64,000 nt of DNA from Akkermansiaceae bacterium (GCA_051251915.1 JBPOGF010000011.1:78212-142211), one strand, 5' to 3'; counted from the first letter of the stretch, positions 1 through 10,652 are shown. Notes: a model not told the origin generated them from the letters alone. Translations and numbers: made by a program.

Positions 1-2882
1 GCTCCCAGGAAACCGATATTGTTACAAATAAGCGCATCACCTTGCACATCATCTGGGAAATGTCTTGATGAAACAAACTCTAAACCAGAAGTTGGCCTTA
101 CTTTGTTACTCGTAAGAAGATCTGGTGCAGTAAGATTCACATTGTACCGTGACTTCACTGCTGACTGTTGCATCCATGAAAGCTTCGTTCCTGATGTATG
201 AAGGAAGAAATTCTGCCCCCAATCATTGAATGCAATTCCCCATGGGTTAGGGATGCTGTATTGAGCTGCTCTTTCAAGCCTACCCTTAGCTGGATTATAA
301 CGATAGAATCCACCATTTGTTCCTCTAACAGGCCCATACGGTGTCTCTACATTTGAATGAAGAAATACTCCTTCACCCATATAAAACGCGCCTGATGGAT
401 CAGCACAGAAGCTAGAAATAGCATGGTGCGTATCGTGATCATCAAAGCCACTGAGAACTACTTCTCTAGTATCCGCCTTGTCATCACCATCTGTATCCTT
501 GAAAAGAACGAGATCATTCTGAAGAGAAACAAACACACCGTGCTCAGTGATTTCAAATCCCATAGGAGTTACAATGTGATCAACAAAAACCGTTTGCTTA
601 TCCGCAACACCATCATTGTCAGTATCTTCAAAGATAATAATCTTATCATTTGGCAACGGATCACCAATTCTATACTGAGGATAACTAGGCATACAGCTCA
701 CCCAGAGGCGGCCTTTATTATCAAATGCCATTTGTGACGGGTTCGCCAAGTCTGGGAACATTTTCTCATCTGCAAAGAGCTTCATCTCGTAACCCTCTGG
801 AAGCGTCAGCTTAGATTCCATTTCCTTACCTGTAGCATACTTCACCGGTCTATTTGAGTTAGACTCTACTGGCTTCAACTTAATCGTCTTAGCATCAGCG
901 GCGGCCATGTCGAAAGCTTCCCCCTTGTTTACAGCCCAGAGAGCCTTATCTCTGATTTCAGTCATCTGACGAATCTTAGTGAGCTCATCAGGATAGTTGA
1001 CATTACCAAAAGGCTTGTACCTTCTACCGTGAACGTGAACACCATTTGGAATCTTGTAATCAAGAAGCCAAACTCTATTCTTCTCAGCCACAGCTGCCTG
1101 GACTTTCACCTTTTGAGCATCGTCAGCCTTTACCTCTTTTTTACCAAAAAGAAGGTTAGCTAGCATTGGAGCCAGCTTCTCATAACCAGCCTCATTAAGG
1201 TTGTGACCATTTGAAGTCAGATCTTCCTCAGTTGAATTATAGAACCCCTTCGTCGCAGAAAACGCGTCTACAAAAAGAACCCCTTCTTCCTTACATACAT
1301 CAGACATTGCCTTAGAGTATGCTTCTAGATTCTTATTCGTTTCTTCACCATTCGGCAGATCACGCTTTGCAGACAAATCTTCAAATGCAGCAGGAGAAAC
1401 AATGGCTAGCTGAGGTGCAGCACCAGAGTATTTCTGACTCAAAGTGTATTTAATAAACGCTCTTAGTTCAGCTTTATAACCCTCAAGTCGCTCTAAACCA
1501 TCAAATGACTCACTGTAGCCAAAAAAACCAATCACAGTATCAATCTCGTGACGAGTCAACCACTCATCAGGAGTCTCATAGTGACCCTTTCCTCCACCCG
1601 CTTGATATTCTCTCTTAACCAATTCTTTGCCACCAGGAATCACCCAGTGAGATTTTCTAGATGGATGAGGCCGGAATGCCGGTGTATCTCCCTCCTTACC
1701 CCAGTTTCTGATGTAGAGATCATTCTCAGGGTAACGAAGTTGAAGTTCAGTCTCAAACTCGCTAAAAAGATTCATCCGTGAAGCGAGACCACCACCAATA
1801 AATCCAATACGACTATTTTTACCAATATTCAGACTTGTCGGAACCTCAGGCCCCATAGTCTTCATCACTTCAGCCTCTTTCTTAAGAACAAAATCCGATG
1901 GAGTGTGTTTTTTCTTAAACCCCTTAAAACCATAGAAACTAGGCTTATACTCACCGTCAATAGTCACATCCGCTTTCGCAGGAACCTTCATATCAAGTCC
2001 CCAGTAAACTCCATTAACTACAAGACGACGAAGATCTTCATCCTCCAGATCAGTAGCCGCACCCATTGTAGTAGTGAGAACCTTATTCACCTTACCAGAC
2101 TCCTGCTTATATTCGCGAGTCCATGCCACCGGTTGCATCGGATCATTCTTACCTTCTACGTCAGCAGAATCAGGTTCAAATGACTCAGTCACTGCCCCAC
2201 GTAACAAAATAGTAGCCGGCTTCATTGGATCTGCTCCATAAACATCAGATGTGCAGAAGATCTCACCTACTCCGTTAAGAATAGCATTCTCCTCAGCACC
2301 CTTCTCAATGTGTGTACGAGTAGCTTCTTTCTTGTGCTTACCATGGTGGCTCACCCAAGTTTCACCCAGAACTTGTCTACCAAAACCTTTGTCCCAGCCA
2401 GTTTCTGATTTAGCATTAAATGAATATTTTGCCCACTTACTACCCGCGCCTACTTTGAATGCATGTGTAGAAGTTCTCAGTGCTACCATTGGCACACCAC
2501 GCTCGAACGCTGCATTGAATTTCTCAAAAGCCTCATCACCCCAGTTCCTGAAACGGATACACATAACAATCGCATCCGCTGAATCCAAAGCTACAGGGTT
2601 CGATAAACTCTTTTGGTTCGCAGGATCAACAAATTTATTGTCCTTATCCATCGAGAATAAGACCGTGCACTTGAACCCTTGCTCCGAAAGCAACTGAGCC
2701 ATCATTGGCATAGATTCCTCTGACCTATACTCCTCATCACCAGCTAATAGCACCACGTGTTTTCCGTTAGACTCCCCCGTTGCTTCAAAGACCAAATGGT
2801 CTTGCTGCGCTTGGGAAAGAGCCATACCACAGGCGTAGACGCCAAGGGTGCACATTCCTATTTTTATTTCTCTTAGTTTCAT
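1..2882 (-). CDS. Giant secreted ThuA-like/SGNH-like/beta-propeller protein (PVC-type heme-binding family), copy A; 3' end runs off the window
   Basis: Not in the ORF track because no stop falls inside the window. ATG at 2882 reads MKLREIKIGMCTLGVYACGMALSQAQQDHLVF, and the frame reaches ...LEFVSSRHFPDDVQGDALICNNIGFLG at base 3. Colinear with 3251..7366 at a constant offset of 4484. Confidence 0.92.
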   Translation of the reverse strand, partial: MKLREIKIGMCTLGVYACGMALSQAQQDHLVFEATGESNGKHVVLLAGDEEYRSEESMPMMAQLLSEQGFKCTVLFSMDKDNKFVDPANQKSLSNPVALDSADAIVMCIRFRNWGDEAFEKFNAAFERGVPMVALRTSTHAFKVGAGSKWAKYSFNAKSETGWDKGFGRQVLGETWVSHHGKHKKEATRTHIEKGAEENAILNGVGEIFCTSDVYGADPMKPATILLRGAVTESFEPDSADVEGKNDPMQPVAWTREYKQESGKVNKVLTTTMGAATDLEDEDLRRLVVNGVYWGLDMKVPAKADVTIDGEYKPSFYGFKGFKKKHTPSDFVLKKEAEVMKTMGPEVPTSLNIGKNSRIGFIGGGLASRMNLFSEFETELQLRYPENDLYIRNWGKEGDTPAFRPHPSRKSHWVIPGGKELVKREYQAGGGKGHYETPDEWLTRHEIDTVIGFFGYSESFDGLERLEGYKAELRAFIKYTLSQKYSGAAPQLAIVSPAAFEDLSAKRDLPNGEETNKNLEAYSKAMSDVCKEEGVLFVDAFSATKGFYNSTEEDLTSNGHNLNEAGYEKLAPMLANLLFGKKEVKADDAQKVKVQAAVAEKNRVWLLDYKIPNGVHVHGRRYKPFGNVNYPDELTKIRQMTEIRDKALWAVNKGEAFDMAAADAKTIKLKPVESNSNRPVKYATGKEMESKLTLPEGYEMKLFADEKMFPDLANPSQMAFDNKGRLWVSCMPSYPQYRIGDPLPNDKIIIFEDTDNDGVADKQTVFVDHIVTPMGFEITEHGVFVSLQNDLVLFKDTDGDDKADTREVVLSGFDDHDTHHAISSFCADPSGAFYMGEGVFLHSNVETPYGPVRGTNGGFYRYNPAKGRLERAAQYSIPNPWGIAFNDWGQNFFLHTSGTKLSWMQQSAVKSRYNVNLTAPDLLTSNKVRPTSGLEFVSSRHFPDDVQGDALICNNIGFLG

Positions 2883-2959
2883 AAATTTATATTCACTTTT
2901 CAGCATTAAGCTAAACCCTCTCTTCTTTAATAAGTAAGAGGATCATTCACTGTTTTGAA

Positions 2960-2988
2960 AAGATGGCAGGACTTTACCGAATTGTCAT
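2960..2988 (-). promoter_or_regulatory. Putative sigma70 promoter of copy A (ATGACA-17-CATCTT, with TG extension)
   Basis: Both hexamers, the TG extension and the 17-nt spacing are conserved with the copy-B upstream region while most of the spacer differs. Confidence 0.6.
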
Positions 2989-3178
2989 GTATAAAAGTCA
3001 ACAAGACAGAGTTCATATCTACATATTTTTAAGGATACAAATATTCAAATTTTTAGCTGATAATAAACTTTTTCTCCAATCCTCAATGACGCGGTTTTTT
3101 ATCGCTTTAAAAATATTCAAAACCCAAAAACCATTGAGAGACAGTAATAATCCAATAGGCTCAATTATGCGCACCAAT

Positions 3179-3211
3179 GAAAATCCCGCAGTGTAAAAAA
3201 CACAGCGGGAT
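3179..3211 (-). terminator. Intrinsic terminator after copy B
   Basis: Minus strand ATCCCGCtGTGT-loop-ACACtGCGGGAT followed by TTT, 40 nt past the stop at 3251. Confidence 0.7.
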
Positions 3212-3250
3212 GAATAGGATTTCAGGATCGATTATATGAGCTCACATAAA

Positions 3251-6200
3251 TTACTTCACTGTGTGAACTTTAAGCAAATCCTCAACCTTGTATGGACCCT
3301 TCTTAGACTGCTCGTCAGTCTCTTTCTGAAGATAGTCAATGTGCTTCTTCGTCAAGGAATCCCCTGCTTTGTTAGACCAAGCATTTCTCACATAGGTAAG
3401 GATGTCTGCTAATTCCTTATTAGGCACACGCCCATTGAATCCAGCCATCGCACTGTTGTATTTTTTGCCTTTAACTTCGATCTCCCCCATGACGCCGTGG
3501 AGCGCAATCTTAGCGAGAAGCTTAGCATCACCAGTCACCCACTTACTCCCATCGAGAGGAGGAACTCCGATAGCTTCATTGCCTTCACCATTCGCACCAT
3601 GACATACAACACAGCTTTCTTGATGATGATACGCTCTCTCACCGTTCTGGTAAGACTTCTGCACATCAGCAGATGATTTTTTAAGATGGTCCGGAACCTT
3701 CACAAGTATCACCTTCTCTTTAATAGTAGCCTCCTCTAGGTGAGCTTTAGCATACTTATGTGCATCTTTAGACCAGTCATTGACTGGCTTCTTCTCAAAT
3801 TCAGCAACAATCTCAAGACCCTGCGATTTGCCCATCCATGATGCAGCAATGATTGCTTCATGTCTAACTTGAGCATTTGAGTCTGTTGCAGATTTCTTGA
3901 GTAGATCCACTGCGTTGCCTAACTTATCTGCATTGTAGCGAACTGCCCTAGTAGCGGCTGCTCTAGCTTTAGGCTCTTTCGAGTTCAAGCATGCCTCAAG
4001 GATCTGCTGGTCGATCTTATTGATCCCCCATGATACCCACATTGCCTCAGTAAGATGGTGCGCATACTTAGGATCATTTTTGTTCAACCCTGCAACCCAC
4101 TTAGGAAGCGCCGCTGCCACTTCACCAGCATTTCTGCCTCGAAGCTCTCTACGTGTACGGTAGCGTGTACGGATTTCAGGAAGTTTGAGGTTATCTAATA
4201 GCTCTTTGATACTAGCTCCATCTACCTTCGCGATCGGCACGAGTGGACGTGATGGATACGTGATACGATAAATTCTACCATGAACATGATCACGCTTAGG
4301 GTCACGAGCATTGTGCTGCATGTGCCCAATAAGAACATTACTCCAGTCGATCACATAAAGTGAACCATCTGGCGCAAACTCAAGATCCACAGGACGGAAA
4401 TACGGATCCGATGACGTGAAGAGATCATGACGGAATTCAGCTTTATACCCATTCTCACCATCAGGGATCATCTTATGCTGCTTAGCTCCAAGGAACCTAA
4501 TGTTGTTACAAAGTATAGCATCTCCCTGGACTTCATCAGGGAAGTGCCTAGAGGAAACAAATTCTAATCCAGCGGTAGGTCGCACTCCTCTTTTTGTAAG
4601 AAGATCCGGTGCCTTCAAGTTCACATTGTAACGTGATTTCACTGCAGAACGCTGCATCCAAGAGAAAGAAGGTCCCGATGTATGAAGGAAGAAGTTCTGC
4701 CCCCACTCATCAATAGCGATGCCCCAAGGGTTCGGGATACCATACTGAGCTGTTCTCTCAAGTCTGCCCTTAGCCGGATTGTAGCGATAAAATCCACCAT
4801 TTGTTCCCCTAACTGGTCCGTATGGAGTCTCTACATTGGAATGAAGGAACGTCCCCTCACCCATGAAAATCGCTCCAGATGGATCCGCACAGAAACTAGA
4901 AATAGCGTGGTGTGTATCGTGATCATCAAAACCACTCAGAACGACTTCTCTGGTGTCTGCTTTATCATCACCATCTGTATCCTTGAAAAGAACCAGATCG
5001 TTCTGTAGAGAAACAAACACACCATGTTCAGTGATTTCAAATCCCATAGGAGTTACAATGTGATCCACAAAGATCGTCTGCTTATCCGCCACACCATCAT
5101 TATCCGTATCTTCAAAAATGATAATTTTATCATTTGGTAACGGATCACCAATTCTATACTGGGGGTAACTAGGCATGCAACTCACCCAAAGGCGACCTTT
5201 ATTATCAAATGCCATCTGTGACGGATTCGCCAAATCTGGAAACATCTTCTCATCTGCAAAAAGCTTCATCTCGTAGCCTTTTGGAAGTGTAAGCTTAGAC
5301 TCCATTTCTTTACCAGTAGCATACTTCACCGGTCTTTCAGAGTTAGATTTAACAGGCTTAAGCGCAATCGTCTTCGCATCAGCTGCCGCCACATCAAAGT
5401 CCTTATCTTTGTTCGCAGCCCAGAGAGCCTTATCTCTTATCTCATTCATCTGACGAATCTTAGTGAGCTCGTCAGGGTAATTGACATTTCCGAATGGCTT
5501 GTAGCGTCTTCCGTGAACGTGAACACCATTTGGAACCTTGTAATCCAGAAGCCAAAGTCTATTTTTCTCAGCCACTGCTGCATGGATTTTCTCTTTTTTC
5601 TCTGAATCTGCTTCTACCTCTTTTTTACCATAGATAAGATTAGCCAACATTGGAGCTAATTTCTTGTAACCAGCATCATTGAGATTATGACCATTTGACG
5701 TGAGATCTTCCTCAGTTGAGTTATAGAACCCCTTAGTCGCCGAATATGCATCAACGAAAAGAACTCCTTCTTCCTTACATACATCAGACATTGCCTTCGT
5801 GTAAGCCTCAAGACTACGGTTCGTTGCTAGACCATTAGGCAGATCACGCGTTCTAGATAGATCTTCAAATGCTGCCGGTGAAACAATGGCTAGCTGCGTT
5901 GTTCCTCCAGAGTATTTCTGGCTCAATGTGTGCTTAATAAATGCTCTAAGCTCTTCCTTGTAACCATCGATACGCTCAAGACCATCAAAAGATTCACTAT
6001 AACCGAAAAAGCCGATCACTGTATCTATCTTGTGACGACCCAACCACTCATCAGGTGTCTCATAGTGACCACGACCACCACCACTTTGATATTCTTTCTT
6101 AACTAGCTTTTTTCCATCAGGAATCACCCAGTGAGATTTTCTAGAAGGATGCGGACGGAATGCCGGCGTATCACCCTCCTTACACCAGTTTCTAATATAA

Positions 6201-7366
6201 AGATCATTCTCAGGGTAACGCAGTTGGAGTTCTGTTTCAAAATGATTGAAAAGATTCATGCGTGACCCAAGACCACCACCAACAAATCCAATACGGCTAT
6301 CCTTATCAATATTCAGACTTGTCGGCACTTTAGGCCCCAGAGTCTTCATCACTTCTGCATCCTTCTTAAGGACAAAATCTGTAGGAGTTTGCTTTTTCTT
6401 AAACTCGTTAAACCCGTAGAAAGTAGGCTTATAATCTCCCTCAATAGTCACATCAACTTTTGCTGGAACCTTCATATCAAGTCCCCAATAAATCCCATTG
6501 ACCACAAGACGTCGAAGATCTTCATCCTCAAGATCTGTAGCTGCTCCCATCGTTGTCGTAAGTATCTTATTCACCTTGCCTGACTCGTGCTTGTATTCGC
6601 GAGTCCAAGCCACTGGTTGCATCGGATCATTCTTACCTTCCACATCTGCAGAATTAGGTTCAAACGACTTAGTCACTGCACCACGTAACAAAATAGTAGA
6701 CGGCTTCAAGGGATCTGCACCATAAACATCAGAAGTGCAGAAAATTTCACCCACTCCATTTAGAACAGCATGCCTCTCAGCACCTTTCTCCACCTGTGTA
6801 CGAGTAGCTTCTTTCTTGTGTTTACCATGATGATTCACCCATGTCTCACCCAGAACTTGCCTTCCAAATCCTTTGCTCCAGCCTGTTCCTGCTTTAGCAT
6901 TAAATGAATATTTCGCCCATTTGCTACCAGCTCCTACTTTGAATGCATGAGTAGATGTTCTTAGAGCAACCATTGGGACACCACGTTCAAATGCTGCATT
7001 GAATTTCTCAAATGCTTCATCACCCCAGTTCCTAAAACGAATGCACATCACAATCGCATCCGCTGAATCCAAAGCCTCTGGATTCGACAAACTCTTGGTG
7101 TTCGCGGGATCAACAAACTTATTATCCTTATCCATCGAGAATAAAACTGTGCATTTGAACCCTTGCTTCGAAAGCAACTGAGCCATCATCGGCATAGATT
7201 CCTCTGAGCGATATTCTTCATCACCTGCTAGTAGCACTACGTGTTTCCCGTTGGACTCACCTACTGCATCAAAGACCAAATGGTCTTGCTGTGCTTGGGA
7301 AAGAGCCATGCCACAGGCGTAGACGCCGAGAGTGCACATTCCTATTTTTATTTCTCTTAGTTTCAT
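3251..7366 (-). CDS. Giant secreted protein, copy B: signal peptide + ThuA-like + SGNH-like + glucose/sorbosone-dehydrogenase-like beta-propeller + HEAT repeats + cytochrome c
   Basis: 1371 aa. Motifs: VVLLAGDEEYRSEE (ThuA-like); NPSQMAFDNKGRLWV, DTDGDDKAD, NPWG, FRPVDLEFAPDGSLYVIDW, RDHVHGRIYRI (PVC-type propeller); HEAT-like helices; CVVCH...M heme c domain. Confidence 0.9.
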   Translation of the reverse strand: MKLREIKIGMCTLGVYACGMALSQAQQDHLVFDAVGESNGKHVVLLAGDEEYRSEESMPMMAQLLSKQGFKCTVLFSMDKDNKFVDPANTKSLSNPEALDSADAIVMCIRFRNWGDEAFEKFNAAFERGVPMVALRTSTHAFKVGAGSKWAKYSFNAKAGTGWSKGFGRQVLGETWVNHHGKHKKEATRTQVEKGAERHAVLNGVGEIFCTSDVYGADPLKPSTILLRGAVTKSFEPNSADVEGKNDPMQPVAWTREYKHESGKVNKILTTTMGAATDLEDEDLRRLVVNGIYWGLDMKVPAKVDVTIEGDYKPTFYGFNEFKKKQTPTDFVLKKDAEVMKTLGPKVPTSLNIDKDSRIGFVGGGLGSRMNLFNHFETELQLRYPENDLYIRNWCKEGDTPAFRPHPSRKSHWVIPDGKKLVKKEYQSGGGRGHYETPDEWLGRHKIDTVIGFFGYSESFDGLERIDGYKEELRAFIKHTLSQKYSGGTTQLAIVSPAAFEDLSRTRDLPNGLATNRSLEAYTKAMSDVCKEEGVLFVDAYSATKGFYNSTEEDLTSNGHNLNDAGYKKLAPMLANLIYGKKEVEADSEKKEKIHAAVAEKNRLWLLDYKVPNGVHVHGRRYKPFGNVNYPDELTKIRQMNEIRDKALWAANKDKDFDVAAADAKTIALKPVKSNSERPVKYATGKEMESKLTLPKGYEMKLFADEKMFPDLANPSQMAFDNKGRLWVSCMPSYPQYRIGDPLPNDKIIIFEDTDNDGVADKQTIFVDHIVTPMGFEITEHGVFVSLQNDLVLFKDTDGDDKADTREVVLSGFDDHDTHHAISSFCADPSGAIFMGEGTFLHSNVETPYGPVRGTNGGFYRYNPAKGRLERTAQYGIPNPWGIAIDEWGQNFFLHTSGPSFSWMQRSAVKSRYNVNLKAPDLLTKRGVRPTAGLEFVSSRHFPDEVQGDAILCNNIRFLGAKQHKMIPDGENGYKAEFRHDLFTSSDPYFRPVDLEFAPDGSLYVIDWSNVLIGHMQHNARDPKRDHVHGRIYRITYPSRPLVPIAKVDGASIKELLDNLKLPEIRTRYRTRRELRGRNAGEVAAALPKWVAGLNKNDPKYAHHLTEAMWVSWGINKIDQQILEACLNSKEPKARAAATRAVRYNADKLGNAVDLLKKSATDSNAQVRHEAIIAASWMGKSQGLEIVAEFEKKPVNDWSKDAHKYAKAHLEEATIKEKVILVKVPDHLKKSSADVQKSYQNGERAYHHQESCVVCHGANGEGNEAIGVPPLDGSKWVTGDAKLLAKIALHGVMGEIEVKGKKYNSAMAGFNGRVPNKELADILTYVRNAWSNKAGDSLTKKHIDYLQKETDEQSKKGPYKVEDLLKVHTVK

Positions 7367-7444
7367 AAATATTTATTCACTTTTTACCTTAAAGCTAGCC
7401 CTTCTTATACGAATTATAAGAGGTCATCTTTCATTGTATTAAAA

Positions 7445-7473
7445 AAGATGGCAGGGCTAAGAAGGCTTGTCAG
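7445..7473 (-). promoter_or_regulatory. Putative sigma70 promoter of copy B (CTGACA-17-CATCTT, with TG extension)
   Basis: Matches 2960..2988 in hexamers and spacing. Confidence 0.6.
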
Positions 7474-7707
7474 GTGTAAACCGTGTAATCTTTTTAATTA
7501 ACTGCTACACAAAAAAAACAGTACTTAACATATCTGACTCATATTAACATCCTTCATAACAACCAAAACACCAAGCGATCTCAAAAATAATAACATTTTC
7601 AAAATAACACCACCCCCCAAACACAAAACTTTACATGAATTTCACTATTTTGCTATTTACTTTAGTCGCAAATAGGCCATGTTCCCGCCATAACCAACAT
7701 TTTCAAA

Positions 7708-9441
7708 ATGATCAACGAACCAATCGACGGAGCCCAAGCTCTAATTAAAACTCTTGATGAACTCGGCATCGAAATCATCTTCGGCTATTCTGGTGGAGCT
7801 GCCCTCCCCATATTCGATGCATTAGAAACTGTCGAATCCAATATCAAATTTGTTTTAAGTCGCCATGAACAAGGCGCTTGCCACATGGCTGATGGCTACG
7901 GCAGAGCCACCGGCAAGCCCGCCGTTGTTCTCGTAACCTCAGGCCCCGGAGCCGGAAATACCGTCACTGGACTTATGACTGCACAAATGGACTCAGTACC
8001 TATGATCCTTATCAGTGGTCAGCAGGTTACTTGGATGCTTGGTAAAGACGCTTTCCAAGAAGCTGACATTTTCGGCATCACTCTCCCCTGCGTGAAACAC
8101 AACTATCTAGTAAGAGAAACCAACAACATCCCTAGAATCACTCGTGAAGCATATCACATTGCTACCACTGGCCGCCCAGGACCGGTCCTCATTGATATAC
8201 CTAAAGATCTAAGTCAGGGACCATTCACCGGAGATTTAAGTCATAAAGATGAGCTAGACCTCCCAGGCTATCAGCCTGAGAAAGCATTCGATATCGATCA
8301 ATCTAAGATCGAAGAAGCCCTAGAGCTCATTTCCCAAGCCCAGAGACCACTCATCCTTGCTGGCCAAGGAGCGATGATCGCTAGAGCTCACGAGGAAATG
8401 CTCAACTTCGCCACCACACTTGACTGCCCGCTCACAAACACACTATTAGCAAAAGGAATCATTTCTGAGATGCATCCTCTTAATCTAGGAATGCTAGGCA
8501 TGCACGGTACAGCATACGCTAATAAAGCAATCTGCGAATGTGACCTTCTCATCAACATCGGCTCAAGATTTGATGACCGCATCATCGGCCAAGCTGACAA
8601 GTTCTGCGCAAACGCCAAAATCATCCACGTGGACATTGATCCATCAGAGATGAACAAAATGATTATCCCAGATGTAGCGATTGTCGGTGACGCCAAAGCA
8701 GTCCTCGATCTATTCAATGCAAGAATATCTGAACAAAAACACCCAGAGTGGAACTCCCACCTAGATGGCTACAGAAAGAAATACCCACTAGCCTATAAAA
8801 AACAAGGTGGACTACGTATGCAACAAGTCATCGATGAGTTCTGTATCCAGACCGATGGCGAAGCCATCGTGGCAACCGACGTTGGCCAACACCAGATGTG
8901 GGCTGCACAGTTCTATAAAAATGCTCGCACCAAATCATGGCTCAGCTCAGGTGGAGCAGGAACCATGGGATTCGGATTCCCTGCAGCTATCGGCGCAGCA
9001 TTTGCCTGCCCTGACCGCACAGTCATCTCCATCTCCGGTGACGGCGGATTCCAAATGACACTCTGCGAACTAGCAACAGCCGCCATCCACAAACTCCCTA
9101 TCAAGATCGTGGTTCTCAACAACCACTACCTCGGAATGGTGCGCCAGTGGCAAGAGCTCTTCTTCGATGACCGCAAATCCGGCGTCGACCTCGAAGGCAA
9201 CCCAGACTTCATCAAACTTGCTGCCTCCTACGGCATCAAAGGAATCAACATCAAGCGCCCAGCTGATGTATCTCGCATGGTCAAGCAAGCCCTCGAATAC
9301 AACGAAGGCCCAGTACTCATCCACGCAGAATGCATCAAAATGGACAACGTTTTCCCAATGATCCCAGCAGGCGCAGCATTAGAGGACATGCTCACCGAGC
9401 CACCTAAATACAAAATGGAAAAACCAACCGGATCTACCTAG
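7708..9441 (+). CDS. ilvB: Acetolactate synthase, large subunit
   Basis: [34 protein letters not shown] motif GDGGFQM...NN. Confidence 0.96.
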   Translation: MINEPIDGAQALIKTLDELGIEIIFGYSGGAALPIFDALETVESNIKFVLSRHEQGACHMADGYGRATGKPAVVLVTSGPGAGNTVTGLMTAQMDSVPMILISGQQVTWMLGKDAFQEADIFGITLPCVKHNYLVRETNNIPRITREAYHIATTGRPGPVLIDIPKDLSQGPFTGDLSHKDELDLPGYQPEKAFDIDQSKIEEALELISQAQRPLILAGQGAMIARAHEEMLNFATTLDCPLTNTLLAKGIISEMHPLNLGMLGMHGTAYANKAICECDLLINIGSRFDDRIIGQADKFCANAKIIHVDIDPSEMNKMIIPDVAIVGDAKAVLDLFNARISEQKHPEWNSHLDGYRKKYPLAYKKQGGLRMQQVIDEFCIQTDGEAIVATDVGQHQMWAAQFYKNARTKSWLSSGGAGTMGFGFPAAIGAAFACPDRTVISISGDGGFQMTLCELATAAIHKLPIKIVVLNNHYLGMVRQWQELFFDDRKSGVDLEGNPDFIKLAASYGIKGINIKRPADVSRMVKQALEYNEGPVLIHAECIKMDNVFPMIPAGAALEDMLTEPPKYKMEKPTGST

Positions 9442-9497
9442 GTTCTCACAGTTCATCCATTATCACACATTTCTAACATTCAAATTTTAAGCAAAAC

Positions 9498-10037
9498 ATG
9501 TCTAAAATCATCACAACAGACACACCGGTAGATAATACCAATCCAGACACCACGCTCCACACACTATCAGTCTATGTAAACAACAAGGCCGGTGTGCTCA
9601 TGCGCATCACTCAGGTATTTGCTAGACGCGGGTTCAACATTGATTCACTCGTTGTTTCTCAGTCACGTGACGCCCGCTACTCACGCATGACCATCGGAAT
9701 CACCGGCTCATCCAATGGACGTGAGCAAATCATCAAACAAGTCAACAAGCTTATCGATGTCATCCACTGCCAAGAACACTCTACTCAAGACGCCATCGTC
9801 AAAGAAATGCTCCTCATTAAGTTCCTCGTAGGCGCAAAGGAACGCACTGAAGCCCTCCAAGTGCTCGAACACTTTGGCGGCAAATCAGTCGACCTCACAC
9901 CTACCGCCATGACTGCCATCTTCACTGGTGACCCAGACAAGATTGATGCAGCCATCAACATGCTTTCTGCCTTCAACATCGTTGAGACCGTCCGCACAGG
10001 TAAAGTTGTCATTGCAAGAGGCGACTCCCCTACCTAG
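9498..10037 (+). CDS. ilvN: Acetolactate synthase, small (regulatory) subunit
   Basis: ACT domain HTLSVYVNNKAGVLMRITQVFARRGFNIDSL, ETVRTG; directly follows ilvB. Confidence 0.95.
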   Translation: MSKIITTDTPVDNTNPDTTLHTLSVYVNNKAGVLMRITQVFARRGFNIDSLVVSQSRDARYSRMTIGITGSSNGREQIIKQVNKLIDVIHCQEHSTQDAIVKEMLLIKFLVGAKERTEALQVLEHFGGKSVDLTPTAMTAIFTGDPDKIDAAINMLSAFNIVETVRTGKVVIARGDSPT

Positions 10038-10046
10038 GTTCATTTC

Positions 10047-10652
10047 ATGAACTACCTAGCGCATCTGGCATTAACCCCGTCAGCTAACGGGGCTAGTGCC
10101 GATGCCTTACGTATAGGGAATCTCCTCGGCGACTTCATCAAAGGCACCGAGTCATCCCTCCGCCTCCAACTCCCCGCCGATTTAGTCGACGGTATCATCC
10201 TCCACCGCGCCATTGATAAATTCACCGATGCGCACCCTACATTTTTAGCCTCCAAACAACTCCTCGCTCCCCAGCGAAAACGCTACGCAGGCATCGTCAT
10301 AGACATCATCTACGACCACTTCCTCTCCACCCACTGGGACACCTATCACGATGAACCACGAGTTCAATTCATCGCAAAAGTCTACGCCCTCCTAGACACC
10401 AACAAGGAATGGCAACTTGGCACACTAAAACAAGCCTTCCCCATCATGAAATCCCAAGACTGGCTCGGCTGCTACGCCTCCGTCAAAGGAATTAACACAA
10501 CATTCCGCCGCGTCGCCTCCAGAGGAAAATTCACAGCCCCCATCGCCGACACTCATATAGATTTCAAAAAGCACTATCACCACTTCGAAGAACACTTCCA
10601 CCTCATCTACAAAGACCTCCTAGAATTCAAAGACAACTTCAGCTTTAAATAA
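10047..10652 (+). CDS. acpH: Acyl carrier protein phosphodiesterase
   Basis: MNYLAHL, GNLLGDFIKG, GIILHRAIDKFTDAH, DIIYDHFL. Confidence 0.88.
   Translation: MNYLAHLALTPSANGASADALRIGNLLGDFIKGTESSLRLQLPADLVDGIILHRAIDKFTDAHPTFLASKQLLAPQRKRYAGIVIDIIYDHFLSTHWDTYHDEPRVQFIAKVYALLDTNKEWQLGTLKQAFPIMKSQDWLGCYASVKGINTTFRRVASRGKFTAPIADTHIDFKKHYHHFEEHFHLIYKDLLEFKDNFSFK

Noticed and set aside
19..7181. Plus-strand ORFs such as 423..737/4682..5008 and 1905..2183/6389..6583 that resemble each other
   Set aside because: They are antisense shadows of the duplicated minus-strand gene; the similarity simply follows from the duplication.
7480..7707. Possible ilvB attenuator leader peptide
   Set aside because: No Ile/Leu/Val-rich mini-ORF or terminator hairpin is present, and the likely -10 box (7678-7683) leaves too short a leader.
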